Shown: piece after piece, positions 42,301 to 47,705 of the stretch
How the letters are laid out: each line of letters opens with the position of its first letter
How positions within the stretch are numbered: the stretch's first letter is position 1
Source: Candidatus Nanoarchaeia archaeon
GTDB lineage: Archaea > Nanobdellota > Nanobdellia > Woesearchaeales > SKIA01
Reading direction: 5' to 3'
Assembly: GCA_028279685.1 (NCBI GenBank)
Contig: JANQNG010000053.1
Location: 12,347-76,346 of the forward strand
DNA length: 64,000 bases
The notes under the pieces: model-generated
Seen by the model: only the letters and a program-made list of their open reading frames with translations
Database searches by the model: none
Told to the model about the DNA's origin: nothing
Made by a program: the position numbers and the translations under genes

Positions 42301-43181
42301 GCGCGAATGAGTATAATGTCACTTGCAATGGCACCATTGTTGAAGGTAATGGAACAAATTATACCTGTTCCTATGACTCAACACTGGATAAATACTATAT
42401 CACAGGGTTGCAGCATTCAGGAGTAATTGAAGTTGAAGCTGTAGACACAAGTGGCGATGGAGATGATGATACCACGACAACCACTGGCGGTGGTGGAGGT
42501 GGCGGCGGAGGCGGCTCCGGTGGAGGAGGCGCATCTCAAGGAGGTAATGGAACAGCTAAGATTTATTTTACGATGCCACAAGGAGGTCAGTATTATACCA
42601 AAGAGGTACATGATGATCTAATTGCGATAACTGAAGTTGAACTCTATGCAAGAGAGACAACAGGCAATGCAGTGCTTACTATAGCAGTGGATGATTCTTT
42701 TAATCTTGCATTGGAGAATGTCATAATATATCAAGTATTGACTATGGATTTGACTTCTGATGATCTTGTCAATCCTAAGATAACATTCACAGTACCAAAA
42801 TCATGGACCAATGAAATGCAGCTAGATAAAAATACGATCTCACTATATTCTCGAATAGATGGTGTTTGGACGCCAGGAGAAACAGTCATCAGAAGTGAGA
42901 ATAATAACAATATAACATATGTAACACAATTAGACACTATTTATTCGCTAGTATTAATAGGGGGACTTATGCAAACTATTGAAGAACCAGAACCTGTTGA
43001 AGAGGTAAGAGAAGCCATAGTTGACGATGAATCTGAAAAGAAAGGACTTCCTGCATTACTCAGATTGCCAAATAAGACAGTCACTGCGCTAATATGGTTT
43101 ATAGTCCTATTGCTGATCTTGATCATTACAGGAATCATTCTCAATGCGCACAGAAGAAAGAGGGAGAGAGAAATAGCATAA
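21309..43181 (+). CDS. Giant (7,290 aa) membrane-anchored surface glycoprotein/adhesin: DUF11-like, Cys-rich, beta-helix, S8 subtilase, roughly 35 cadherin/PKD-like repeats, TSP3-like, PGF-pre-PGF-like, TM
   Basis: Uninterrupted ORF; signal peptide; S8 triad (VIDSG, HGSHVAG, GTSMATPHV); NDAP/DxD repeats; poly-Gly linker; C-terminal TM and basic tail; dense NxS/T sequons. Confidence 0.93.
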   Translation: MNTEINNRLFSLYLVFLLLFAPSIHAATLSGTIYSPTDEFASGYNISITQQSIVLNTTTNGSGYYNFTGLNEGDAYYFKLATGYWNYPFLSFFTDLSSVELINVTGNTTIDLTAYKATFVSSLPVIASDHQNGSLINVTINITNLDTIDVENYSIIFELHNDNGTEMLTDSILEGLTLLASTTQNYSIALTVPNNATEGVADLVLQVEQMQNITDNWGNYSLLQSRNITSRSITINTTSPPVPDMPPNISVLLEEPLDGSVLVNDTNVSFIFNVTSDEDSSFNVSCDFWTNASGSWTNSSGFIDITNLAANTTNISQSFWNESLGLAGSYTWNVRCWDENNLSNYAFAATNRTYNVTEPIAGIASELFNYTVQKTLMSGDPATVGDMNISFLINITNIGGTNLSTIYVNDTFDGAEIAYNYSSLTYTTLGVDSIVWDNLTNISGIEMLEPDNSILLTVNFSAIAATADTVNMVFVNASDEVGNESTSILNATANLGIVDLPGNFTPAAILINLLQPMNLFVTDNATNITFEFNVTSARENDYRVDCGLWWNVSGVWNHSGQSNITNLLANTTNLSEDSWNLTVSVPGDYEWNVYCFNATNSSEFAFAAQNNTFNVSDAGAPEMPVMINITLTQPLDNAVSDNETNISFMFDVTSDAMSAFNVNCSFWWNVSGVWADSGFENKTGLDANMTMMTTEFWNVTVPAVESYEWNVLCWDDANASEFAWAQQNRTFNITAAAIAQTEGTNITVDKSCNATVNVSDTIECLVNITSSDINNMTEVWLYDDHDFAFLNFTNQSTCPVHNYSNSPGVDGSYVNVNLTSCYGGFNLTLGNSFLVYLNFTALSGLGNETMNMVNVTFQSTNGSTFYLNASTLIMVMNDSGGMPPSESSALIVNKSILNSGNFTEGDNITYHINVTNNHSMLNMTSIFVNDTFQVSQLEYLDANVTNTSGASNFASWNDIINLAGIGSLEAGQSLSMYVNFTIVINTGEFTNTVTVNGTLESGFSEENSSTVTASAGDAGGESPTMGNYTPMWNEAKYAQNVTIDDFDFFGAPYVARDKGCGGQMQEENTSAVAGQNCHNDGMMNPSADGSIALDLGAVWVDETYDFMAWKLKGPFSDPNYHNLSVCGGNTSYAAYVVEFDVDDNISTGCSTSNMSEGCYPGSDFQIWYFPDDHNSLFAYYNGSEPSAWGPNDGGACVDGICFVANTSVNVSMNVSCTGEGITIVVNKTDLLIANPALNFETNSFNVTQATTNPIDMLTNWGGSGFIEAFFFTGPQEDVGSCFQFDNNEQGCINASDNFYCVWQDFGGGNGLCDPDFNNFQEGQACFTYDNQTACENSDIGYCEWLTNVPDPDNPGQTQNICVEQFNPFLISGGGDCDTKCFDCFSQTQCENSNANGGSEYGGCEWYIDPFNQVGFCEAKGMKFGCAENPRDCFNQTGCTDANWHWNNTWMLCAEDSLTEICFNGVDDNGDGQIDCSDNDCFEEKECGGQLNTLTGDYQGMSAEEAIMSYFFGTGDPNIIHLKDDNASENIGDLFNLTSFKVVVGPRGIGMGIGLQNMSTLSACGGSIDDHKYIYALDTDANSSSGCNLTIDGTQKEGYEYIVKYGNFSVANESGQEMYLYHCLLDQWLLKPGLVVTPPAGEDLDPGEPAIMECQTLATTPDEGAVAAVIIDKADIGNPKEDMRFFVMVANVSYNGGWNNLSNLSAVDLIENIYYTPGTIGAEPIDCFQEPTKCGAGFMQIGGGEFMPFEDCLGSGDEDIDDLVNCADPDCFFAPHCQGSQDLFDVSSDVTAPTITLAKADTFDDAAFISWTNNEPTNGSLRFYHNDSACSTLNITIIDEGLPGSFDDFKPWHGVPLDPMSLSYSLSASTTYYYKIYSTDRADNIGVSACLNFTTLGSPQNLSMVINFTPPVNDTGDFLGNLSMDLNGEPFQIDNTNSKESLFDANITLYNPSANASKNWSIELIEADIFQDMVFDFSSALLANDSGDHDENIGMDGYSWMNIAQKFGVEYIIIKIPNNGETLYHCQDNGTNCTDVTSTNGVELLETTADYTKWKIPTTLGFSTYSAGGSTNETFNLTYANLTTTTQTINTSQNTFYLVNVTNNDNVTRGYNFSLEISGSVDWAINNSAGLNNIVFAVNESQVLNVSMNSTTEGTYAFNIIGINATNASIVLNSSEDLTLTLVVTNCFRPSNSTTVVLNESTTLCAGTYNKTRFQFNADNITLDCNGAILDGQNTTSYAVQVPNGIDGTTLKNCNITRYDNAYETQFIGDPAAYDYVINNTFEENEYGVYHVNNYLVMIINNTFYDNEWGIHWGNNDFGLIQNNNFTRHNYSAIEFDSSSVIRHAAIVDNYFEENALKGWQNAIEIDGQPEDILIHNNTFINNNNSNIQASSSFAMVRFNITNNYISNVKNGTTRNAITLYDVQNFYIAHNTLLNVNGSGIYASSGTNANITIYNNTIKHGGLTSTSAGISFVIGVYNSTITDNFVENFSYPIYLYGYSGDNVVYNNIFNLSVNPAYNGNSTNQFNTTLNCSSTNIIGGSCYGGNYWANATSGQGFSQSCTDADRDGICDSTYNISGVVDYHPLTNVGNDTYSDPYEYDDVYTSAKGVFTDGTWQFHNLSNASDIDWVNFSASDEEAYLIDTTNFSVTGTGAGQLDLYMTIYNASMTALETNDDANSGTSNARIKFIAPYDGIFYVKVQDYDSTKTYGNLSYAIQVEKQGRLVVVPVSHAAQSSSNYTLHTTFNVTTAVTCQGGPCREVVAILDPEPKINKKILDDIEKKGKANVIIKLKEKEEKKEPFFGIFASDKDVKEEFLDSINTRKLGEEEPQGFFAGVARALGIEQEPDLIVQHTYDVVDAVSGEITSESIEALLENDLIESIEYSVPVFASLFDTVDLINASTMQNYAINSTYMNGTGVTVCVIDSGINYTHPDFGSCSLTSDINDGSCPTVIGGINYCVDEACTSTDMNPIDTYGHGSHVAGIIASRDATYTGVAPGAKIVAVKALNSSGQASDFSNILAGINYCVANATTYNISVITMSLGSTVYTQHFCDEDYSSTRDAIQSAIDAGIMVVIASGNENKGYDDPLGISYPACIRNATSVGSTTKADAVSTFTNRAYTLDLMAPGGSIGATDYDGTHVSMSGTSMATPHVSGAAAIMQQYARELYDRNITALDIETRLRMFGVNIADSNSGLTYARIDVDNATLGKGIIPNTTGAVPFYIVADAGHAMQNPFWIGTMSDGETINTSWMVNATGNFTAYEFFSIYQSDFYESNTSHWEINITDMPNTPPYRNISPVTSANEDTLYYNDVQGLDNESHSISYSLNLIPTDSNASIDTNGSITWTPDNDDAAIQNYTFNLTLTDQLGDSSNYQYNVTVSNVNDAPTITSSPTSTATENTLYTYNATATDIDPTNDTMTYALQINDTNASMNSSGHFELYVNSTEVGITYNFTINVTDGNGGWDNQTWNVTVEDVNDAITISTTPNYNATEDALYHYDVNYTDPDTPDDDVSFYLTTYPTGMIINISDGNITWTPDNDDIGNNTVVVFAVENSTSEHYNDTHTFGVWVANTNDAPSINVTPNASATEDSLYTSTFTASDVDPTNDTMSYYLQSNTTNATINSSSGIFYFFPLQADVNIMHNFTVNVTDGNAGWDSLDFNITTSNVNDAPVISTAATTRSAEEETEFWLDVDATDEDSDTLTYSISTYPTSMVINSSTGNITWTPTNTQAIAYTHAVVVNVSDGNGGEDTLSFNVTVNNTNDIPVLNSTHNTTAIEDLEYTYLFSMNDSDNKSDSWNYTLISGPGNMTIGLDSGLIQFSPNNYDAINGSYIININVTEYNSSGANMSYQNISFNLTITNVNDAPSFTNEPSGQQSVLEDSAYNYDFDATDLDPTSDTLTYSLNISVSTNISAVTVGSSNGNLTWTPTNDEVGTITLQVDVSDGNGGSDNVTFTVLVNNTNDAPVISTTSPTSVATQGSEYTQQINASDADSGDSIMYQLNVSPSGMSMNDTGYITWTPNSTHGGNTYSVTVVVNDTSNAQDNLSWDITVNDVNDPPNITSSPSVNATEDVSYTYNVIATDPENDTLSYYLTIYPSGMTVTISTGQVSWTPTNSDIGFNNVTLQVIENATADHYSTTQNWSVYVSNVNDAPVLSGIPDQSFAEDSSSNVSINLSAYASDSDGDTLTYAIQSESNEGLVNCSVNSTTTLITCTDPSANENGASTVVANVTDGTSWDTDTFTITVTSVNDVPTFTDVPNTTITLTQDVAYSFDVNATDNDTNDTVADVLNYYDNTSLFNINPSTGIISFTPSSDDIGNHSVLIWTTDQSSANDTYAFTVTVQDANDAPTGTPIPNMQWNEDTNASINLSEYFTDADGDVLNFTAAVHNDTQNITITINNETGIALLVSAANWYGKRNVTFNASDPSAAVASIYVNLTVSSVNDLPVVAVSNISLQEDSAVQFINISGNVSDVDQSDLTAIVWAIDSSNTFSADLGTAQIINNTYLRIALTANAFGNDTIRLKATDTPGGSGYQTLLINVTGVNDAPSTPTIVIQPSAPTPTDDLTCSRTQNATDIDEDTIVYFIDWYKDGVLQTSYTNTSTVSSAATSSDELWSCVMTAFDGTVNGTAANTSTTIGNNPPTIPTIAFTPSLPYTSDMLYCNVTTNSTDADNDSIDYLYEFYKDNILNFTNQTNVTYAPLPSALTAKGEVWKCSVRAYDNKSYSNSTSSTRTIINTEPVVTVNSPVSGTPSVVEPDYQEFNLSVYDADNDFISFTWTKDAVQMVENNSNETFSSYSYYNNYTEAGNHTIVVSASDGQGSDTFTWTLIVNNTNRAVALDAIPAQTMTEDTAFSLTITANDSDTDDTLVYGENTSLFAIDTSTGVISFTPDNDDAAIPSKVYNVNITVTDGVSTDWEVVDFTVNNVEDAPVLSNIGSQTALTTIDYVLEMSASDADNSTITYNVTNLTTVTFLADGALNFTSSTGVFNLSANASHVGTYLLNFSVTDGNTTSDDSEIVNITIIDSNTAPNITSSFPSSNTPSINEGSSQQFWVTVYDNETTPGVAWYVDDVFNNSDTSWTFTTDYSSAGSYTIKAIVSDGEQSVQKQWVLTVLNVNRDPILSAIADQTATEDQEFSLTISASDADGDSLTFYDNTSLFNINPLTGAITFTPTNAQSTGDRVIKISVADQHGAIDTQDVTFTVQNTNDAPVLSAVGPQTAQSDVLFTRYIYASDIDLGITGVTESLTYSDDTSLFDVTTINSTLGVINFTPSRNDIGTHFIRISVTDSSDAVSNEYIFFDVLDSNSPPVFTNISLSGAIEDNLTSNATAVYSITETTAALTFNSTAYDPDGSQISTTWKIDDVLVSSTSGYVFTPSYTSAGNYTLVLNVTDGLAYVNRTYTIHVSNVNRDPTISALSNQSLTEDTLFTYQINGTDADNEPLTYAINDTRIPIDPQTGLINFTPTQLLLGKSSTTKMFELNVTVKDNVSGTNNGEVSAFVNFTLTNVNDEPEQVANVPDALFFEDQTFSINLSYYFDDPENDTLTYGVYATPVNITTTKIGSDSYNLTPAENFYGENNITFNVSDGALEIESNIVILTVQSMNDLPSINTSNNNLDIYLNEDSGTTSFNLTGNLTDLETPLSSLVLSISQDNRFSTELGSAVIEDKNITFTLASNAYGNDTILLRVTDADGGYSTATMFVNITNTADVPSAPSIDLVPDNATANDNLTCNITANSTDPDGDTVSYVREWYSGANVNSLSLQSDLTGNETITSSNTSGSEVWRCNVYATDGTLNSSTVSDIIITDNTPPTQPGIVIHPSTTVSRLATYTTDSLICNVTTTSNDTGIIYYNYTWYKDGLEQTSTRTTVSFVMLSSGSTSKDEQWRCGVKAEDDQGSYSQPASYVTRILDSTPTVDSRSPSDDNVTITEGQNTTFIYVVADADNDAISYAWELDDVAVSSVSNYTYSASYTSAGVHVLEVVASDGINELSASWDITVTEVARAPVISTVLEDTITVFEDESYQVDIVASDPDGDALTFYDNTGLFDIGQTSGRINFTATQDHADTGSYSVIITVTDGNNNDTLSTTFSIVNINDAPVLRNIGDQTARSDRQYTLRTSASDDDGDTMTYSMIGLDASYLNVSTGILNFTPSREDIGTSNVTIIVSDGNGGQDSETFSFTVLDSNHPPFIVSATPNSSNVTINELESQTFGIVASDPDNTTPSITWYRNGTLIAGEIGNTFTFTSNYSDAGDYLYEAQASDGIMTVTQSWILTVLNLNRDPFFNDFANQNLTEDIAYSMTVTAVDPDGNDLRYYSNSTYFIIDTDNGTISFTPTQSMLGYNESVSEEVGIFAEDGNGGFGSTSILFTINNVNDAPVLSPVGTLTVLSGETLSMQLSATDVDSLSLSYADSGFDGFNMNNSGYINHTFTAQDLGSHEVLLTVDDGDGGVDAEVVIINVLDSNQYTPSVDSFTPASNLSINETESVAFTVSTSDGDGTTPTIRWLVNNEIVKVETASSSTYYYRTTYDTGAGTNNITVNVSDGSKSSTETRAVTVLNKNRAPIIIPLGNQYVIEDNWHYFRFDVVDPDEGDTLFFHANSTLFEITSIGENIIEYSFFPTQADVGVHEMTARAMDGTTVTTLVFNITVVASNDDPIITTIPALFCDQDDGTDCAYDVEASDSDDTDLIYEAFTDLFTINPSTGAFSFDDSNVQAGYYEIMVRVSDDEGAFDFDILRLFIADTNEYPRIDKVMPTNSTQNISESESIDFVIDAWDPDGNVPTVTWLVDDVTQDRQALQERFTFRTNYTQSGTYTITARAYDGNYANTTSWTVIVNNVRDSDNDYIPDYYPNTTLWDNCRYVYNPGQVDLDDDNEGDICENNLDGDTVPDDRDNVLGDANNLQSDSFDHFSLHIGGGDNLNQEFDGSNNVRFFETEYSLANGAATSAPLIDMDFNFSNGTLDMGNFSMDQQAGGASEGSFLAQGFPSGETKTIYVDSILEDSTVCIEDAEITSIASISTGCAGANEYNVTCNGTIVEGNGTNYTCSYDSTLDKYYITGLQHSGVIEVEAVDTSGDGDDDTTTTTGGGGGGGGGGSGGGGASQGGNGTAKIYFTMPQGGQYYTKEVHDDLIAITEVELYARETTGNAVLTIAVDDSFNLALENVIIYQVLTMDLTSDDLVNPKITFTVPKSWTNEMQLDKNTISLYSRIDGVWTPGETVIRSENNNNITYVTQLDTIYSLVLIGGLMQTIEEPEPVEEVREAIVDDESEKKGLPALLRLPNKTVTALIWFIVLLLILIITGIILNAHRRKREREIA
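31150..41750 (+). repeat. Tandem ~95-100 aa cadherin-like/Ig repeats within the giant CDS
   Basis: Recurrent V-x-N-x-NDAP/NRxP...ED...ASDxDxD...G.I.FTP units; boundaries approximate. Confidence 0.85.
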
Positions 43182-43224
43182 TATTTATAAACAACGAAGC
43201 TAAATATGATTTGGGTGGTATAGC

Positions 43225-44661
43225 ATGAGATCGATAATCCTGAGTTTAATCTTTTTGATTCTGACATTGCCTTTAGGGTTTGCCCTCTGGGAAGAGCCTA
43301 CATCATCGAATTTGATGACTGCTGGACAAGAATTTGAGAGCAATGGCTTCACCGCAGTGGTTTTATCTGTCGATGAAGACAATGCTGATGTTCAAGTATT
43401 AGGACCAAGTGGAAAAATTGTGGGGAGAGGGATTATAACAATGGAACAAGACCTCACTATAGAAGAGGAAGTAAGGATCAAAGCTGAAGAATTCGTTTAT
43501 CGATATGAAAAATATCATGTTCTTTTCTCTTTGGAATCATGGATTGATGGAGAGATACTTGATGTTCATGCGCCTGAACAGTTTGAGTTGGATAGAAAAT
43601 ATGATGTTGAAATAGATATTAGAAATACAGGTCCTGCGGATGCTTCTTATGTTATGATGCTTGAGTATGATGATACTGAACTCTGGAGTGACGCTACATC
43701 ACGTCGTATATCTCTCGGACAGAACGAAAGAGGAACTATATCTTTTGAAATAAGACCGATCAAAGATATTACTAAGCCTATCGATTTCGTTCTTATTTCT
43801 GCAGATGAAGAATTAGGAAGAAAAAGTATATCAGGATTCTCTTTTGTGGAATCCCTTATCGCAATCAAAGAAGTTGTGTTTTCAGAAATTATGCAAACCA
43901 ACGGAGAATATCCGGTCACTATTGTCGTGGAGAATAATGATGAAGTTACAAAATCAATGAGTATTAAGCTTATTGGTGAATATTTTATCCTTAATACACT
44001 TGCGGGACCTGGAGACTTATTGAATGTCAATGTTCCTGCACATTCAACAGGAGAAGTTACGTTCTACGTTAAACCATTAAACAAAGGCATGCAGAACCTT
44101 AATGTTAAGCTTTATGATGATAAATTATTTGCAGAAGAATCATTAGTTGTGGTTGATGTGCGTGACACGAATGTTGGATATATAGGAACGATTACCATTC
44201 CAGAGAATATGGTCAAGGGAGAAGAAAATGAAATTACTATTGTTGTACACAATGCAGGGGCGGAGGAGAGTGAACTTGTTGTGAAAATCATAGCAGCTTC
44301 ACTTGATTATGATGTTTCTGAAAAGATGATGATTCTTGAGGGACAGTCTTCTAAGGAAACTTCTTTTACCGTGAAGCCTTTGCTTACTGGTGAGATTCCT
44401 TTTCAGATAGTATTATATCGTAATGATGAGAAGATTGATACAGAAAGTGCTGTTATTAACGTGAATAAAGGAACAACAACATCACCATCAATACCAACTG
44501 AAGATGATGAAGAATCTGAACTAGATATTGTTGTTTGTCCAGAACCTGAGCCTTGCAGCACAGGATTCAAGAAGGCATTTATCACTTCATTAGTTGTTAA
44601 TTTTCTTCTGTTGATTATCATTGGTATCAATCATTTAAGAAAAATGGGAATTACACTCTAG
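43225..44661 (+). CDS. Surface protein with three CARDB/Ig-like repeats and C-terminal TM
   Basis: Signal peptide; three repeats (I.V.N.G....F.V.P); C-terminal hydrophobic helix. Confidence 0.75.
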   Translation: MRSIILSLIFLILTLPLGFALWEEPTSSNLMTAGQEFESNGFTAVVLSVDEDNADVQVLGPSGKIVGRGIITMEQDLTIEEEVRIKAEEFVYRYEKYHVLFSLESWIDGEILDVHAPEQFELDRKYDVEIDIRNTGPADASYVMMLEYDDTELWSDATSRRISLGQNERGTISFEIRPIKDITKPIDFVLISADEELGRKSISGFSFVESLIAIKEVVFSEIMQTNGEYPVTIVVENNDEVTKSMSIKLIGEYFILNTLAGPGDLLNVNVPAHSTGEVTFYVKPLNKGMQNLNVKLYDDKLFAEESLVVVDVRDTNVGYIGTITIPENMVKGEENEITIVVHNAGAEESELVVKIIAASLDYDVSEKMMILEGQSSKETSFTVKPLLTGEIPFQIVLYRNDEKIDTESAVINVNKGTTTSPSIPTEDDEESELDIVVCPEPEPCSTGFKKAFITSLVVNFLLLIIIGINHLRKMGITL

Positions 44662-45581
44662 AACGTGTAGTGTTTTTCTTCAAAATTTTTTATTTTTCCT
44701 TTTTCGACAGGAATTCCTTGTTCCTGCAATAATCTCTTCTTCTTAAGTATTGGTTTTCCAGTGGTTTTTCCCATAAAACCTCCTAAAGAACCATCAATCT
44801 TGACAACAAGATGGCAGGGAATGATAGGTGCATAAGGATTATTTCTCATCACTTGTCCTATTGCTTGATATGCTTTTGTGTTTAATGCGAGAGCAAGATC
44901 TTTGTATGTTGTGACTTTTTTCTTAGGCACAGAAAGTAATTTGAGAAATACTTTGTTGCGTAAGGTTTTGCCTAAGAGTTCATCTTTTAGTATCTTCAAG
45001 AAAACAAAAATGCTTTTCTTGTCTTTGTTGATAATACTGTCTTTATAGCGTTTTGCTATGGCAAGCAGATTCTCCTTGTCAAATAGAATAGCTCTCTTTG
45101 TTAAAGCCTGAAAAACAGTATCTTTGATAAGATAGGAACAGAACTGAGTTACGTTTTTAACTTTTTTAGAATATCTGCATCGCTCAAAGTCAATCATCAC
45201 AGCTTCATATTTAGCATCAATAATGATGTGCTTATACGGATTAGTCATCTCGAATTTATTGATATGGAGGTCGTCCATCAGTGCGCATTGATCAAGAATC
45301 TGGAAAAGGACATTAAGCATCTGTCGTTTTTTTGCTTCCCCTTGCAGGAATTGCTCGATAGTTAATCCATCAATAAATTCCATAATAATCTGATCTTTAC
45401 TACTGCTGATCAGTCTTGGACCAATATGATGCTTATTAAGAATCTTCAGGAATTTTGATTCATTATACAGCGTATTAGTTGAGCTTCTCGGATTATGGGT
45501 TTTGATAATGACTTTCCTCCCATTTTGCTCTTCAAGCTTTACAATCCCTCGTTTTCCTTTTGCGTAGAAGTTGTCTATCAT
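44658..45581 (-). CDS. Fusion of Bud32/RIO-like Ser/Thr kinase and MGMT (O6-alkylguanine) domain
   Basis: AKGKRG, IIMEFIDG, MIDFE; then VPKKKVTTYKDLA..AIGQVMRNNP..IPCHLVV..GSLGGF. Confidence 0.85.
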   Translation of the reverse strand: MIDNFYAKGKRGIVKLEEQNGRKVIIKTHNPRSSTNTLYNESKFLKILNKHHIGPRLISSSKDQIIMEFIDGLTIEQFLQGEAKKRQMLNVLFQILDQCALMDDLHINKFEMTNPYKHIIIDAKYEAVMIDFERCRYSKKVKNVTQFCSYLIKDTVFQALTKRAILFDKENLLAIAKRYKDSIINKDKKSIFVFLKILKDELLGKTLRNKVFLKLLSVPKKKVTTYKDLALALNTKAYQAIGQVMRNNPYAPIIPCHLVVKIDGSLGGFMGKTTGKPILKKKRLLQEQGIPVEKGKIKNFEEKHYTF

Positions 45582-45611
45582 ATTGAAGTAAGAAAGAAGT
45601 AGTTAATAAAG

Positions 45612-46496
45612 TTATTCAAGATAAGAATCAATCACATTTGCTTTAACAGACACACCAAATATTTTTGCTCCAGGGACAGGAACATACGGTGGAATACGCT
45701 TCTTTTTCTTTTGTTGCTCACTACAAGAAAAAGAAAATGATAACTCTCCGATAAGGGATATAATGTTCCCAAGATCTGTTTTAATAGTCGCAACATCGTT
45801 TTCAATGGTAAGTGTGGCTTCAATTTCTTTATACGTAATTCCTCTATATCTGATATCAAAACTTCTTACATCTTGTTTAATAGTATCATTATTTTCTTCT
45901 TGTAGATCATCATACCAGTGAAGACAAGAGAGAAAAGCAGACATCATCGTATGAGATTCAGGAAGGATAGCATTGCTTGAGTCTATTTCGCAATAATATT
46001 CCTTTTTTTCTATTGATCCTATCTGATTAAGGATAGTTCCTTTATCGTAGTCAAAGTATTCAGAAAATACCCATTTCAAATTGTCTGTTGGAAGACCATT
46101 GGCTTCTGCAAATGTAATCTCCTCTTCTGATGCATCAGTACCTATAAGCGAACGTCTAGCAATAATTGAATTAACGGTTTCTCCATTAACAAGATATTCC
46201 TTAATATTTAACGCAATGCGATAGATTTGTAAGAAAGTAGCATCTATTTGTCCATGCATAACTAATGCATCTCCCTCCTGATAAATCTCGAAAAATGTTT
46301 CCTTATCATCAATAGTGTCAAAAACGAACTTTCTTGTTACATTATAATCTATTCTTGCAGAATCTGCTGTGTGAAAGCATGGAGAATCAGAAAAAGCAAA
46401 TTTTGGATCATCTGCATTTGCAGTAGAAATAATAAATAGAGGAGCTGCTGTTAGGAAAAGGCTTTTCACGAGTTTCCCGAGGCTCATTACAATCAC
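45612..46496 (-). CDS. Hypothetical secreted protein
   Basis: Signal peptide ending ANA; no family recognised. Confidence 0.65.
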   Translation of the reverse strand: MIVMSLGKLVKSLFLTAAPLFIISTANADDPKFAFSDSPCFHTADSARIDYNVTRKFVFDTIDDKETFFEIYQEGDALVMHGQIDATFLQIYRIALNIKEYLVNGETVNSIIARRSLIGTDASEEEITFAEANGLPTDNLKWVFSEYFDYDKGTILNQIGSIEKKEYYCEIDSSNAILPESHTMMSAFLSCLHWYDDLQEENNDTIKQDVRSFDIRYRGITYKEIEATLTIENDVATIKTDLGNIISLIGELSFSFSCSEQQKKKKRIPPYVPVPGAKIFGVSVKANVIDSYLE

Positions 46497-47032
46497 TTGC
46501 TTACTTCATACACATACAACGTTTCGTATGCGAGTTTTTGTTTTCCCACCTCTTTTGATACATATTGATGCTCTTTGAGCAATTTGTCGATTTTTTTCTT
46601 TTTGCTTAATGAACTGAATAATAACAGTATTTTTCCTTTTTTATCCAAGTGATTTCTGGCATCTTTTAAGAACTTTTCTATGATTTCATAGCCTTCAGGG
46701 CCTCCATCAAGAGCTATATCTTTGACGTCAGCATCATTTGGAAGATAAGGGGGGTTAAAAATGATCAAATTGAAAGTGCCTTTGATATTGCTAAACAAAT
46801 CAGATTGTACTATGGTGATAGAAGGATCATTAATAGTTTTATGAAGGTGCTCTATTACTTTCGGATTGATATCGGCAAGTAGAACACGCTCAAACTTCTT
46901 TTTAGCTTCTTTACCGAGTATGCCTGAGCCAGTTCCTAAGTCAAGTGCTTGTTTCCCTTCATAATCACCAATAAAAGAAAGTAAAAAATAGGAATCTTCT
47001 CTAGGCTCATAGATGTTATCACTAATGATCAT
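46493..47032 (-). CDS. HemK2/MTQ2 family protein methyltransferase
   Basis: IYEPREDSYFL, LDLGTGSG, FNPPYLP, DGGPEG. Confidence 0.92.
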   Translation of the reverse strand: MIISDNIYEPREDSYFLLSFIGDYEGKQALDLGTGSGILGKEAKKKFERVLLADINPKVIEHLHKTINDPSITIVQSDLFSNIKGTFNLIIFNPPYLPNDADVKDIALDGGPEGYEIIEKFLKDARNHLDKKGKILLLFSSLSKKKKIDKLLKEHQYVSKEVGKQKLAYETLYVYEVSK

Positions 47033-47095
47033 AAAAAGAGATAATAATTTCTTATTTTAAAAAACTATTGAGAATCTTTATAAAATAATACTCAT

Positions 47096-47626
47096 TTGCT
47101 CGTACTCTGGGGTGTCAATTTGAAAACAGGGCTGAAAGTGATGGATGTTATGACGACAAAACCAGTTATAGCTTCACCTGAAATGAGTATTAATGCATGT
47201 GCATTACTCATGAGAGAATATGATCTTGGAAGTGTTATTATCAAGAACAAAGACGATGAGTTAATAGGCATTGTTACCGAAGAAGATATGGTGTATAAAG
47301 TCATTGCTGATAAGATTGACGTTGATAATCCTATTTTGGATCTTATGACTAGGAAAGTGGAGACAATTAAGCCTAATGAAGACATTTTCAAAGCGCTTAT
47401 GAAGATGAAAGATTACGATATGAGGAGACTTCCTGTTGTCGATGAACAAAATAAGCTAATGGGGCTTATCACTTTGAAAGATATTTTAAAGATTCAACCT
47501 CAATTGTTTGATTTAATTGTAGAGATGATTGATTTAAGAGAGGAACAGAGAAAGTTTCGGCTTTTTGATAGTAAAGGAAATCTTGCACCAGACTTCAATG
47601 GCAGTGATCTTGATGATGAATTCTAA
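47096..47626 (+). CDS. CBS-domain pair protein
   Basis: VMDVMT..GIVTEED..RRLPVVD..GLITLKD; start uncertain. Confidence 0.9.
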   Translation: MLVLWGVNLKTGLKVMDVMTTKPVIASPEMSINACALLMREYDLGSVIIKNKDDELIGIVTEEDMVYKVIADKIDVDNPILDLMTRKVETIKPNEDIFKALMKMKDYDMRRLPVVDEQNKLMGLITLKDILKIQPQLFDLIVEMIDLREEQRKFRLFDSKGNLAPDFNGSDLDDEF

Positions 47627-47705
47627 AGATAATCGAATCTGAACAAAAACATTTATAAATACCCCTTTATTCTGCTGCACCACTACTTAGGTAGGAGGCA
47701 AAAAT

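Noticed and set aside
42487-42548. GC-rich patch as a possible ncRNA or foreign insert
   Set aside because: It encodes the poly-Gly linker before the PGF-pre-PGF-like domain.
21309-43181. Giant gene as a diversity-generating retroelement target or intein host
   Set aside because: No reverse transcriptase, no TR/VR pair differing only at adenines and no intein splice motifs were seen by eye. A remote DGR cannot be excluded.
21790-43267. Many short alternative-frame and antisense ORFs inside the giant gene
   Set aside because: No recognisable motifs or SD sequences; expected from the codon bias of the main ORF.
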